64,000 bases of DNA from a plasmid. The notes below the pieces were generated by a model. It searched no databases. It was given only the letters and a program-made list of their open reading frames with translations, and was not told the origin of the DNA. Below are positions 41,496-50,773 of the stretch, one piece after another. The DNA lies in sequence record NZ_LR134454.1. One strand, 5' to 3'. How positions within the stretch are numbered: position 1 is the stretch's first letter; each line of letters starts with the position of its first letter. Position numbers and translations under genes: made by a program.

Positions 41496-42695
41496 GTGCG
41501 AGGTTTGGCGTGGGTCACGATCGGCTCGATGGCGGCGAACCTGTGCTCCTACCTGGTGCACCTGCCCGCGAGCCGCTGGCTCGGGCCCGCCGGGTACGGC
41601 GAGTTCGCCGCCCTCCTGCAGCTGTCGTTGATCCTCGCGGTGCCCGCGCTCGCGCTGCAGACCGTCGTCGCGCGGCAGGTCGTCCGCGGCGCCGGGGCCG
41701 CGCAGATGCGGGCGCTGGGCTACCGGATCGCCCTCGGCGCGGGTGTGCTGGCGCTGGTCGCGGTGCCGCTGGCCGCTGCGGGCCTGCACACCCGGGCGAT
41801 CACGGCCGCCGCCGCGCTGGCCGCCGCGCCCGCGCTCGTGCTGCTCGCCGTCGAGCAGGGGCTGCTGCAGGGCGAGCGGCGCTTCGGGCGGCTCGCGGCG
41901 CTCCTCGCACTGGCGGGGGTCGGCAAGCTCGCCTTCACCGTGCCGGGGCTGCTGCTGGGCCCCGGGCCGGCGCTCCTCGGCACGACGGTGGGCGCCCTGG
42001 TCGCGGCCGTCGTCGGCCGGGCGCTGGCCGGGGCCCCGTCGGGACACGCGGCCGGGCCGGACGCGGGGGTGCGCGCGGTGCTCGGCGCCAGCTCCGTGCA
42101 GCTGGTGCTCGTCGTCTTCGCCTCGCTCGACCTGCTGCTCTCCCGGCCCGTGCTCGGAGCGGCCGCGGCCGGCACCTACGCCCTCGGCGCGGTGGCCGCG
42201 AAGGTCGCGTTCTGGCTGCCGCAGGCCGTCGGCGTCGTCTTCTACCCGCAGCTCGCCACCCCCGGCCGTGCCCGCGGCGCCCTGCGCACCGTCGTCGGGC
42301 TGCTGACCGCGCTCGGCCTGGCCTGCATCGCCGGCGCGGCGGTGTGCGCCCCGCTCGCGACGCTGCTGGCCGGCGAGGACTACCGGCCCGTCCAGGGACT
42401 GCTGTGGCTGTTCGCCGCGCAGGGCGCGCTGCTCGCCCTGCTGCAGGGGCTGCTGCTCTACGCCATCGCCATCGAACGGACCCGGATGGCGCTGTTCGCC
42501 TGGGTGGTGGTCGCGGCCGAGGCGGCGATCCTGCTCACCCTGCCGCACACCCCCGCCGAAATGATCACCGCCGCGGCGCTGTGTGCGCTCGCGGCGGTGA
42601 TGGTGATCGGTGCGGTCGTGACCGTCAGCGCTCGTCGCGCTTCCGGAAGTCGATCGCCTCGGTCTGCGACTCGTCCGGCCGCGGCTGAGCGCTGA
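41496..42695 (+). CDS. MOP-superfamily flippase-like membrane protein (polysaccharide biosynthesis / Wzx-MurJ-like)
   Basis: 399 aa with about 12 TM helices. N-terminal pattern typical of oligosaccharide flippases. Divergent from, and 29 bp away from, the previous gene. Confidence 0.55.
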   Translation: MRGLAWVTIGSMAANLCSYLVHLPASRWLGPAGYGEFAALLQLSLILAVPALALQTVVARQVVRGAGAAQMRALGYRIALGAGVLALVAVPLAAAGLHTRAITAAAALAAAPALVLLAVEQGLLQGERRFGRLAALLALAGVGKLAFTVPGLLLGPGPALLGTTVGALVAAVVGRALAGAPSGHAAGPDAGVRAVLGASSVQLVLVVFASLDLLLSRPVLGAAAAGTYALGAVAAKVAFWLPQAVGVVFYPQLATPGRARGALRTVVGLLTALGLACIAGAAVCAPLATLLAGEDYRPVQGLLWLFAAQGALLALLQGLLLYAIAIERTRMALFAWVVVAAEAAILLTLPHTPAEMITAAALCALAAVMVIGAVVTVSARRASGSRSPRSATRPAAAER

Positions 42696-43974
42696 ACGCT
42701 TCCGTCGCCGGATCGCCGCCCACGTCCGGGGTGGTGATCGGCTCGTCGTCGAGCGGGGCCGTGGGCGCGGCATCGCCGGAACCGGCGTTCGCCCGTCCGC
42801 GGCCGCCCGTGCCGGGCCCGCCCGCGGTGGCGGGGTTGCGGCCCAGGAACAGCGCGAAGACGCCGAGACCCAGCGCGATCAGGCCGAGGACGCCGCCCGC
42901 GACCGGCGCCACGTACTTGGCGACGGCGATCTTGTTCTGCGCCGACTTCGCGACCTCCGCCTGCGAGCGGACCGTCGCATCGACCCAGCGCTGCTTGGCG
43001 TCGAAGACGTCGAGCTTGAAGTCGCGGACCGGCTTCGGCGTGTTCGGGGCGACCTGGCCCGGAAGGCGGAACTGCTGCGTGTAGTGCAGCGACTGGTCGA
43101 CGATGACGCCCGAGGTCGGGTCGACCCACAGGTCCACGTCGGTCTTCGCCCAGCGGTTCAGCGTGATGTCGTCCTTGGGGTCGACGCCGCCGATGCCCCA
43201 CCAGCCCGCGGGCATGGTGAGCACGGTGCCGAGCGTCGGGTCGTTGCTGTCGCGGATGGTGGAGAGGTCCACCCAGTTCTGCTGGCCCTGGAAGTGCAGC
43301 GTCTTGGTGCCGCTGACCTCCTTCTCCTCGACGAACTTCAGGCCCACGTTGCTGCGCGTGACGAGGTCGAAGAACTCGTACTTCCCGTCCTGCGTGGTGC
43401 CGGCGGGGAAGCGGTACTGCAGGCCCTTGCGGTCGGCGATCTTCACCGCGGGGGTGCTCTCGCCGGGCTGGTAGGTGGCCTCGGAGGTCTTGCCGGTCGG
43501 CTTACCGGTCTCGCGGTCCAGGGAGACGCGGTCGAGCCACGCCTGCACCAGGCCGTCGTCGCAGGGACGCTTGTCCTGCACGGCGCCGGTCAGCTCCGGG
43601 TGCCGCGGCTCGCCCTTGGTCTTGATCGACGGGACCACCATCGAGCTGCCGGACTGCACCGTCATCGTCGACTTGTCCGACGGGGTGGTGACCAGCGTGC
43701 GGGTCTGCGTGGTCACCGAGACCTCGTTGACCACGGCCTTGCCCTTGTCGATCGAGCACATGTCCAGCGACTTCGCGGGGAACTCCGCGTCGGCCTGGGA
43801 ATCCGCGACCTTCTCGGACTTCGCCACCGTCGTGGTGTCGATGTCCAGCGGGATCGTCGTCAGCTTGCCCGCGACGTACGCCGGTCCGGCGATCGCGGCG
43901 GTGATCAGCAGCGCGCCCAAGAAGATCAGGATCGGACCGATAACGCGCGCCAGCCGGCTACGGCCTACCGCCAT
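42625..43974 (-). CDS. DUF3068-family protein (Corynebacteriales cell-envelope protein with N- and C-terminal TM anchors)
   Basis: N-terminal TM VIGPILIFLGALLITAAIAG, a large beta-rich soluble domain, C-terminal TM VAPVAGGVLGLIALGLGVFALFLG, then a Gly/Pro/acidic tail. Confidence 0.55.
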   Translation of the reverse strand: MAVGRSRLARVIGPILIFLGALLITAAIAGPAYVAGKLTTIPLDIDTTTVAKSEKVADSQADAEFPAKSLDMCSIDKGKAVVNEVSVTTQTRTLVTTPSDKSTMTVQSGSSMVVPSIKTKGEPRHPELTGAVQDKRPCDDGLVQAWLDRVSLDRETGKPTGKTSEATYQPGESTPAVKIADRKGLQYRFPAGTTQDGKYEFFDLVTRSNVGLKFVEEKEVSGTKTLHFQGQQNWVDLSTIRDSNDPTLGTVLTMPAGWWGIGGVDPKDDITLNRWAKTDVDLWVDPTSGVIVDQSLHYTQQFRLPGQVAPNTPKPVRDFKLDVFDAKQRWVDATVRSQAEVAKSAQNKIAVAKYVAPVAGGVLGLIALGLGVFALFLGRNPATAGGPGTGGRGRANAGSGDAAPTAPLDDEPITTPDVGGDPATEAFSAQPRPDESQTEAIDFRKRDER

Positions 43975-44138
43975 CGAAGTGTCTCCTCACATCTCTGTGG
44001 GGCGCGTGCGCGGTTCGCACACGCCGTCGGGGCACGCGGTCGCGCTCCCTTCCAAGTACCCGAGCCTACAGGTGGTGTCGGGGTGGCACGGGCCACGCGC
44101 GCGGGCGAAGACCGATTCGCGGGTAGATTCGGTGGACG

Positions 44139-45365
44139 ATGAGCGCCGCCGGTACCAGCGATTTCGCAGCTGCAAAGCCCGCGGGTGCGGCCGGATTCGT
44201 GCCCGCACTCGAGGGCATGCGCGCGTGCGCGGCCATCGCCGTGATGCTGACCCACACCGCCTTCCAGACCGGTCAGGTGGGCTATTCGGTGGTGGGACGG
44301 GTCTGGGGCCGCTTCGACATGGCGGTCGCCCTGTTCTTCGGATTGTCGGGTTTCCTGCTGTGGCGCGCGCACGCCCGCGCCGCGTGGACCTCGTCCGACG
44401 GTCCGTCGACGGGGCGGTACTACCGGTCCCGGATCGTGCGGATCATGCCCGCGTACCTCGTGGTCGCCCTCGTCGCGCTGGCCCTGCTGCCGCGGTCGAC
44501 GGCCCCGTCGGGCTCCACCTGGCTCGCCAACCTCTCGCTGACCCAGGTCTTCGTGCCGTACTCGCTCACCGACGGTCTCACCCAGATGTGGTCGCTGTCG
44601 GTGGAGATGCTCTTCTACCTGCTGCTGCCGCTGGCCGCGCTGGCGTTGGTGCGGCTGCGCGGGGACGCGGCGCGGTGGCGGGTGCCGCTGCTGCTCGCCG
44701 CGGCGGCGGTGTCGCTGAGCTGGGCGTGGGTCGGCGCGGCGCTGCCCCTGCCGCCGGGGGTGAACCACCACAATTGGCTGCCCTCGTATGTCCCCTGGTT
44801 CGTCGCGGGCATCGTCCTCGCCGAGATCGTGAGCGCGCCGGTCTCCCGGTTCGGTCCGGTGCGGCGGCTGGCGCGGCGTCGCGTGTGTTGGCCGGCGGCG
44901 CTCGTGGTGTTCGCCGTGATCTGCACGCCGCTGGGCGGCCCCGTGACCCTCGACAGTCCCGAGTCCTGGCAGTTCGCCGTGCGCATGGGCCTCGGCGGGG
45001 TGCTCGGCTTCCTGCTGCTGGCGCCGCTCGTGTTGGCGCCCGCGGGGGAGTCGGCGCGGTGGTTGGGGTCCGGCTTCATGCTGGCGCTGGGGCGCTGGTC
45101 GTACGGCATCTTCATCTGGCACCTGGTGGTGCTCACCGCGATCTTCCCGCTGTTCGCGATCGTGCCGTTCAACGGCGCCTTCGGGAAGGTGACCCTGTTG
45201 ACGCTGGTCTTCTCCGTGGCCGTCGCGGCGCTGAGTTACGCCTGGGTGGAGGAGCCGGCCCGCCGCCGGCTCGCGCGTCGCGAGGCCCGACGGCCCGCCG
45301 CCGCGCCTCCCCGCGAGGCGCCGAACAGCCAACCGGGATTGGTGTTTTCTGTCACAAGACACTGA
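44139..45365 (+). CDS. Acyltransferase family 3 (OafA/YrhL-like) membrane O-acyltransferase
   Basis: N-terminal motif PALEGMRACAAIAVMLTHTAF (the LDGLRG..A....H signature). 10 TM helices. 408 aa. Confidence 0.8.
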   Translation: MSAAGTSDFAAAKPAGAAGFVPALEGMRACAAIAVMLTHTAFQTGQVGYSVVGRVWGRFDMAVALFFGLSGFLLWRAHARAAWTSSDGPSTGRYYRSRIVRIMPAYLVVALVALALLPRSTAPSGSTWLANLSLTQVFVPYSLTDGLTQMWSLSVEMLFYLLLPLAALALVRLRGDAARWRVPLLLAAAAVSLSWAWVGAALPLPPGVNHHNWLPSYVPWFVAGIVLAEIVSAPVSRFGPVRRLARRRVCWPAALVVFAVICTPLGGPVTLDSPESWQFAVRMGLGGVLGFLLLAPLVLAPAGESARWLGSGFMLALGRWSYGIFIWHLVVLTAIFPLFAIVPFNGAFGKVTLLTLVFSVAVAALSYAWVEEPARRRLARREARRPAAAPPREAPNSQPGLVFSVTRH

Positions 45366-45419
45366 TGATTTGCCTGCCTGATCGCTACCTTCGTGAACGT
45401 CGAATGAGGGGGCAATCGG

Positions 45420-46097
45420 ATGGTGCAAACGGTGGAGGCGGTCGAGCAGCGGATCGCCGATGTGGTGTTCGACCAGGTCGAGGCCGGTCGACGCGGCTGG
45501 TCGGATGTGGAGCTCGTGTACATGGCATCCGTCACGGGTGGAGTCGGGTCGCTCGTGCTACGAGTCGACGGTGGAGCTGATCACGGGCACACCGTCGCCG
45601 AAGTCGCGCCACTGTTCGAACAGCTCAGGACCGCGATGGCGTCTCCCGGGAGACCCGTCTGGTTCTCAGCGAGGATGCTCATGGACGAGGACGGCGAGTA
45701 CGCGTTCACCTTCGCCGCTCCGCCAGTGTGGTCGAGGCCTTCGTCGGTGACCGCGGCCGCTGTCATTCTGTTGGTCTTGTCCGGTCTCGTCCTGCTCGGC
45801 TTCCTCGCGTCGAACTCGAACCCGAATCGACCTCCGGCCACCTCGTCGGCCGAAGTGGCCGCGGCGCTCACGGTCGCGGCGATCGTGTGGAGCGCGGTGA
45901 TCCTCGGTGTCGTCGCCGGAATCCGCTTGCTGCGCGGTCGCGGCGGCCGGGTGGTGGCGACCGTCGCGGCGTGCATCTTCGGCCTCACCTGCGTGGGGTT
46001 GGTCGCAACGATCGCCGTTCCTCTCCTGCTGTGGCGGAACGACGAATCCCGCGGCTGGTTCGACCGGGCCCCGCGCTATCTCCCACCATCCCGGTAA
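45420..46097 (+). CDS. Hypothetical protein with soluble N-domain and C-terminal TM helices
   Basis: ORF with coding-like composition. No recognisable domain. Confidence 0.4.
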   Translation: MVQTVEAVEQRIADVVFDQVEAGRRGWSDVELVYMASVTGGVGSLVLRVDGGADHGHTVAEVAPLFEQLRTAMASPGRPVWFSARMLMDEDGEYAFTFAAPPVWSRPSSVTAAAVILLVLSGLVLLGFLASNSNPNRPPATSSAEVAAALTVAAIVWSAVILGVVAGIRLLRGRGGRVVATVAACIFGLTCVGLVATIAVPLLLWRNDESRGWFDRAPRYLPPSR

Positions 46098-46170
46098 CCG
46101 CCGCTCGAGCAGGCGCGGGGGCGTCGTCGGGGCGGATCACAGCAGCAGGATCCGGTGCCGGGCTGATCCG

Positions 46171-46254
46171 GTGGGTATGCGCCCCACGCATCGCCCGATC
46201 GGCAAAACACGGCTCTGAACTGGGATTTCAGGGGGTATGCGTGGCGCGCATAGC
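46171..46254. repeat. Two copies of the dispersed palindrome GGGTATGCG-N5-CGCAT(A) about 58 bp apart
   Basis: GGTGGGTATGCGCCCCACGCATCGCC at about 46171-46196 and GGGGGTATGCGTGGCGCGCATAGC at about 46231-46254. Both lie between the convergent 3' ends of the hypothetical gene and aftD. Confidence 0.6.
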
Positions 46255-46286
46255 TATTCAGTGCGACCACACTCCTCCTTCGCGGC

Positions 46287-49200
46287 TCAGTCCGTGGCCT
46301 CGCCGGTCCCATCGTCACCATCGGCCGTCGGCGCGCCACCGCCGCGGCGGTGCAGGAGCCGCACGGGCGGCACCGTCGACCAGGCCATCAGCAACACGCC
46401 GACCAGCGCCAGGCCCTGCGGCCACGGGCCGTGGCCCACGTAGCCGGCCTCGGCGTGCCACGGGCCCGTCGCCAGCAGCAGCATCCCGGCCAGCACGAAG
46501 CCGGACGAGCCGAACACGCGCAACGCCGCCCGACGGTCCGCCGACACGTGCAGTCCGGAGACCACCCAGGTCGCGAGTCCGGAGGCCGCCCACAGCGCGA
46601 GCCCCGGCCACCCGCTGAGCACGAACGCGACCGCGCCGATCCCGAGGCCCGCTGCGATACCCGGCTGCCAGGCCCGCACCGGTCCTCCGGAACCCCGCGG
46701 CCGCGATCCCGGGACCAGTGCCAGCGCGGCGAGGATCGCCAGCAGCGCGAGGCCGCCGAACAGCCCGATCCGGTAGGGCGCGTTGAGGGCGTACCGCAGG
46801 GTGACGGCGCCGTCGGTGCCCTGCGGCACCACCCAGCCCTGCTGCCACCCGTTGACGGTCACGGCCTTCAGCGGCGCGCCGTCCGGGCCCGTCGCCGCCC
46901 AGCCGGAGTTGCGGCTCTCGGGCACCACGAGCACCTGGTCGGCGTCGGCGCGGCTCACCGTCACGACGCGGCGATCCGGGGTCCAGCTCTGCACCTTCAC
47001 GCTCTCGTCCCGCGGCGACGCCTCGGCGGCCGCGGGCGTGTCCAGCGCCAGCGAGTCCACGCTGAACGCGAGCCCCGGCGTCGCGACCACCTGCGCCTTC
47101 CCGGCCGGCAGCGGCACCGGCGCGGGATCGCACGCCACCGCGCGGACGGGCGCGCCGTCGCGCATCTCCCGCGCTCCCGCCTCGATCCGGAAGCGCAGCA
47201 CGCGGTCGCCGATCCGCACCGTCGGACCGGTCTCACACGGCACCACGACCGGACGGTCCGCGGGCGCGGGCTCCGAGCCGGGGACGGGCGCACCGTCGGG
47301 GCCGACGGCCCGCACTTCTGCCAGCCCGGGCGCCATCTTCTCCGGGAAGCCGAAGTCGTTGATGTTGATCCGCTCGTCCCAGTCGAGCAGCGAGATCGAG
47401 ATCGAGTCGGTCACGGCCGGGTCGACCTTCACGGTGACGGAATCGCCCGCGGGCAGCTCGCGCACCTGCCTGCCGGTCCCCAGGTCGACGCCGATCCGCG
47501 TGGGCCGCGCGGGCGCCTCGCCGCGCGGCAGCCGCAGCGTCAGGCCGCCCACGACCTGCGGCGACGGCAGCCGCAGCCGCAGCACCGGCTTCGGCGACGT
47601 CGGCTCCGTGACCGACTGCGGCGCCGACCAGACCGTGTTGGGGTCCCCGTCGACGGCCGCGGCCGAGCTCGCCCGGCCGTCGCCCACCGCCGACTCCGCG
47701 AACGCCGACGGCGCGCCCGGCGCCCCGAGCAGCGCCGACAGCGCCTGCCCCGGGCGCGCGCGGACCGTCAGCGACGGTGTCACCGCAGGGGCACCGGGCC
47801 CGTCGACGGTCCGCCGCAGCGGCCCGGGCTCCTCCGGCCCGATCGCGATGTCGGCGCACTGCACCGGCCCGGGCGCGCCGTTCTCGCCGGGCGTGACGAC
47901 GCAGCCGGACCGGCCCATCGTGTCCTGCCCGAACACCCAGCGCTGCGCGGGACCGGACGCGGGCAGCGCCACGTCGTGCCGCGCCGGAATCGTCGCGCCG
48001 GACCGCGTGTCCGCGAGCTCGGCCTCCGTGATCGCGAACTGGTTGCCCCACGTGCGGTCGGCGGTCTCGGCGGCGGTGATCCGCACCCACCGCGTCGGCT
48101 CCGACGGCGCGACCAGCGTGATCGGCGTCCCCGCCGTGACGGGATCGGAGTACACCGTGCCCGCCTCCGTCGTGATGAGGAGGCGCGTCACCGCGGGACC
48201 CAGCGCCCGCCCGACGGTCACCGTCACCGACAGGTCCGCGCGGGGCTCGGGCAGCGTGAACTGCATCCACTGGTTGATGGCGTGGTCGAGGCCGGAGGAC
48301 ACCCACGCGGTGTTCTTGTCGCCGTCCACCGCGGCGGCCGTGCCCGCGCCGGGGAGCACGGTGCCGAGCTGCGTGGCGTCGGCGGCGGAGCTGGAGGCGG
48401 ACACCGTCGCGCCCTGCCACGTCCCGTCGACCAGCCCCGCCGCCGGGTAGTCGGGCAGCCGGTTCAGCGTTCGACGGGGATCGGAGGCTGTGCGGATCGC
48501 GGAGCTGTGGTCGTCGACGCGGCCGTAGTCGGTCTCGCGGCGCTTGGGGGTATCGGTGACGGTCAGCGGGCCGTCGGGCAGCCCCGCGTCCTTCGCGTCG
48601 GAGGCGAGCAGCGCCGCGCCCAGCTCACGCCGGCCCGACGCGGCGGCGTCGGCCTGCAGCCCCAGCAGCGCCTCCGGCCCGCCCGCGACGCGCGGCATCG
48701 ACGCCAGGTCGGCGACGTACGGCCCGGTGGGGGCGGCACCGTCGACCCGGTAGATCGTGATGGCGGGGAGCGGCGGCCGCAGCCCCGAGTCGACGACCAC
48801 CTTCTCGACGGTCGGCGGGGCGATGTCCGCGCCGAACCGGGCGACCTCGCTGATCCCGGGCGAGCCGATGATCGCGGCGCGGGCCAGCGCAGGCCGCGCC
48901 GAGCGCGACGTTCCGGGATCGAGATCAGCGCGCAGCACGAGGTAGGAGATGCCCTGGCGGCGCAGCGTCGCGGCCAGGCCCGCCGACGGGGTACCGGCGC
49001 TGAACAGCCGCTGCACCGAGTCGAGGGCGCGGATCGCGCCGGGCGGGTTGAGCGGGATCGCGTCGCGCACCGCCCACGGCGTCTCGGCCAGGGGCTGGAT
49101 CGGCTCGTCGCGCGTGAGGCCCCACAGCTGCGCACCGAACGGCGCGCCGGGCACGACGAGCGCGCGCTCGGCCCGGGCCTGGCCGGGGGCGGTCCCGGCG

Positions 49201-50576
49201 GCGTGCGCCGACAGCCAGTCCGCGGCCTGCGACCAGTAGTCGGGGATCTTGTCGTACGGCCCGCGGGGCGCGAGCTTGCCCGTCCACGCCATGCCGCCCG
49301 CGAGCGCGAGCACCACGACCACGGCCAGGGCACCCGCCGCGAGCCGGTCCTGCTCGGGGTGCGCCAGGGCCCGCCGGACCTTCGCGAGGCCGACGGTGCC
49401 GGGCAGCGGCGCCCGGGCCAGCAGGTGTGCCATGCCCAGGACCAGCGGCAACCGCAGGAAGGGCTCGAGCTTGTAGACGTTGCGCAGGGGCGCGCCGACG
49501 CTGTCGAGGAAGACCCGCACCGGCTCGGCGAACGGCGAACCGAGGCCGCTGGCGTAGCCCGCGCCGATCCCCGCCAGGCCGACGAGCAGCACCGTCGCCC
49601 AGACCCCGCGCTTGGGCATGCGGCGCATGGTGAGCCCGGCGATGCCGGCGCACGCGACCAGGCCGGTGACGACGACGGCGGCGGGGGAGGTGGTGAGCAT
49701 GGCGCCGGCGCCGCGCTCGTCGGAGATGAACGGGCTCCACGACGTGGTGCCGCGCAGCACCTCCGGCACCGACGCCCACTGCGTGGTCGCGCGGGAGGAC
49801 TCGATGAACTCGAGGAACGGCGGGCTGACGCGGCCCATGATGAGCAGCGGCACGATCCACCACGTGGTCGCCAGCGCGACGCACACCGCCCACCAGGCGC
49901 TGAACGTCCAGAAGCGGCGGGTCCCGGCGCCGAAGCGCACGTGCAGCAGCCACCACAGCGCGGCGACCGCGCACGCGAAGCCCGTGGCCACGGCGTTGAC
50001 CGCGCCCATGAGCGCGACCGCGACCGCCGAGCGGGCGGCCAGGTTCCGCAGCGGCACGTCCGCGCCCTGCAGGAGCTGCACCAGCGGCAGCAGCACCCAC
50101 GGCGCGAGCATCACCGGCGCGGTCTCGGAGCTGATCGCGCCCAGCGTCGTGAGCACCTGCGGGGCCAGCACGAACGCCGCGGCCGCGACGACCCGGCTGC
50201 CGCGCGAGCCGGTGCGCAGTGCCTCGGCGAGCCGGATGATCCCCCAGAAGCCGGCGAACAGGAGCAGCGCCCACCACAGGCGCTGCGTGACCCACGGCGG
50301 GACGTGCAGGAACTGGCCCAGCGCGAAGAACGCGCCGTGCGGGAAGAAGTAGCCGTAGGCCTGGTTCTGCACCTGGCCGAGCGGGGACTGGCTGGACCAG
50401 ACGTTGGCCGCGCGGGCGAGGAAGCCGATGGGGTTCGCCGTGAGATCGAGCTTGGTGTCGGCGACGACCTTCCCGGGCGCGCTGAGGAAGCTCAGCGCGA
50501 GCAGGGCGACGAACGCCCACGCGCCTGCGCGGCGGGTCAGGGGTTCGTCGGAGAAGTGGGGGCTACTTGTTGGCAC
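46287..50576 (-). CDS. aftD: Arabinofuranosyltransferase AftD (GT-C membrane domain plus large periplasmic carbohydrate-binding region)
   Basis: 1429 aa. N-terminus DTKLDLTANPIGFLARAANVWSSQSPLGQVQNQAYGYFFPHGAFF matches the conserved AftD/DUF3367 N-terminal region. Multi-TM N-terminus, long soluble middle, C-terminal TM cluster. GTG start; neighbourhood syntenic with Mtb Rv0236c. Confidence 0.85.
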   Translation of the reverse strand: MPTSSPHFSDEPLTRRAGAWAFVALLALSFLSAPGKVVADTKLDLTANPIGFLARAANVWSSQSPLGQVQNQAYGYFFPHGAFFALGQFLHVPPWVTQRLWWALLLFAGFWGIIRLAEALRTGSRGSRVVAAAAFVLAPQVLTTLGAISSETAPVMLAPWVLLPLVQLLQGADVPLRNLAARSAVAVALMGAVNAVATGFACAVAALWWLLHVRFGAGTRRFWTFSAWWAVCVALATTWWIVPLLIMGRVSPPFLEFIESSRATTQWASVPEVLRGTTSWSPFISDERGAGAMLTTSPAAVVVTGLVACAGIAGLTMRRMPKRGVWATVLLVGLAGIGAGYASGLGSPFAEPVRVFLDSVGAPLRNVYKLEPFLRLPLVLGMAHLLARAPLPGTVGLAKVRRALAHPEQDRLAAGALAVVVVLALAGGMAWTGKLAPRGPYDKIPDYWSQAADWLSAHAAGTAPGQARAERALVVPGAPFGAQLWGLTRDEPIQPLAETPWAVRDAIPLNPPGAIRALDSVQRLFSAGTPSAGLAATLRRQGISYLVLRADLDPGTSRSARPALARAAIIGSPGISEVARFGADIAPPTVEKVVVDSGLRPPLPAITIYRVDGAAPTGPYVADLASMPRVAGGPEALLGLQADAAASGRRELGAALLASDAKDAGLPDGPLTVTDTPKRRETDYGRVDDHSSAIRTASDPRRTLNRLPDYPAAGLVDGTWQGATVSASSSAADATQLGTVLPGAGTAAAVDGDKNTAWVSSGLDHAINQWMQFTLPEPRADLSVTVTVGRALGPAVTRLLITTEAGTVYSDPVTAGTPITLVAPSEPTRWVRITAAETADRTWGNQFAITEAELADTRSGATIPARHDVALPASGPAQRWVFGQDTMGRSGCVVTPGENGAPGPVQCADIAIGPEEPGPLRRTVDGPGAPAVTPSLTVRARPGQALSALLGAPGAPSAFAESAVGDGRASSAAAVDGDPNTVWSAPQSVTEPTSPKPVLRLRLPSPQVVGGLTLRLPRGEAPARPTRIGVDLGTGRQVRELPAGDSVTVKVDPAVTDSISISLLDWDERININDFGFPEKMAPGLAEVRAVGPDGAPVPGSEPAPADRPVVVPCETGPTVRIGDRVLRFRIEAGAREMRDGAPVRAVACDPAPVPLPAGKAQVVATPGLAFSVDSLALDTPAAAEASPRDESVKVQSWTPDRRVVTVSRADADQVLVVPESRNSGWAATGPDGAPLKAVTVNGWQQGWVVPQGTDGAVTLRYALNAPYRIGLFGGLALLAILAALALVPGSRPRGSGGPVRAWQPGIAAGLGIGAVAFVLSGWPGLALWAASGLATWVVSGLHVSADRRAALRVFGSSGFVLAGMLLLATGPWHAEAGYVGHGPWPQGLALVGVLLMAWSTVPPVRLLHRRGGGAPTADGDDGTGEATD

Positions 50577-50763
50577 CCGAGTCGTCGCGCTCGCCGTAGT
50601 TCGACGAGCCCTGCAGGAAGCCCTTGTCCTTCGACACGGTGTTGACGTCGGTGGTCGGCGACGTCTGCGCGACGGCCGCGCCGCTCACCAGTGCGAGGGC
50701 CACGGCGACGACGATGCCGGCGAGCGCGGCGGTGGCGCTGGCGATGATCGAGGTGCGGTCCAT
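50563..50763 (-). CDS. Small secreted/membrane-anchored protein (66 aa), positional equivalent of Rv0236A
   Basis: Signal/TM-like ASATAALAGIVVAVALALVSGAAVA. Its 3' end overlaps the aftD GTG start by 14 nt. Confidence 0.5.
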   Translation of the reverse strand: MDRTSIIASATAALAGIVVAVALALVSGAAVAQTSPTTDVNTVSKDKGFLQGSSNYGERDDSGANK

Positions 50764-50773
50764 GCGGGAAAGT

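Noticed and set aside
39691-42773. Long ORFs 39691..41631 (+) and 41463..42773 (-)
   Set aside because: They lie opposite a polytopic membrane protein and the flippase, and have Arg/Pro-rich nonsense composition. The membrane-protein frames have coherent TM-helix periodicity.
46350-50645. 1431-aa + strand ORF opposite aftD and 51316..53694 - ORF opposite lpqI and the SMP-30 gene
   Set aside because: These are antisense shadow ORFs with no domains and extreme Arg/Gly/Asp bias.
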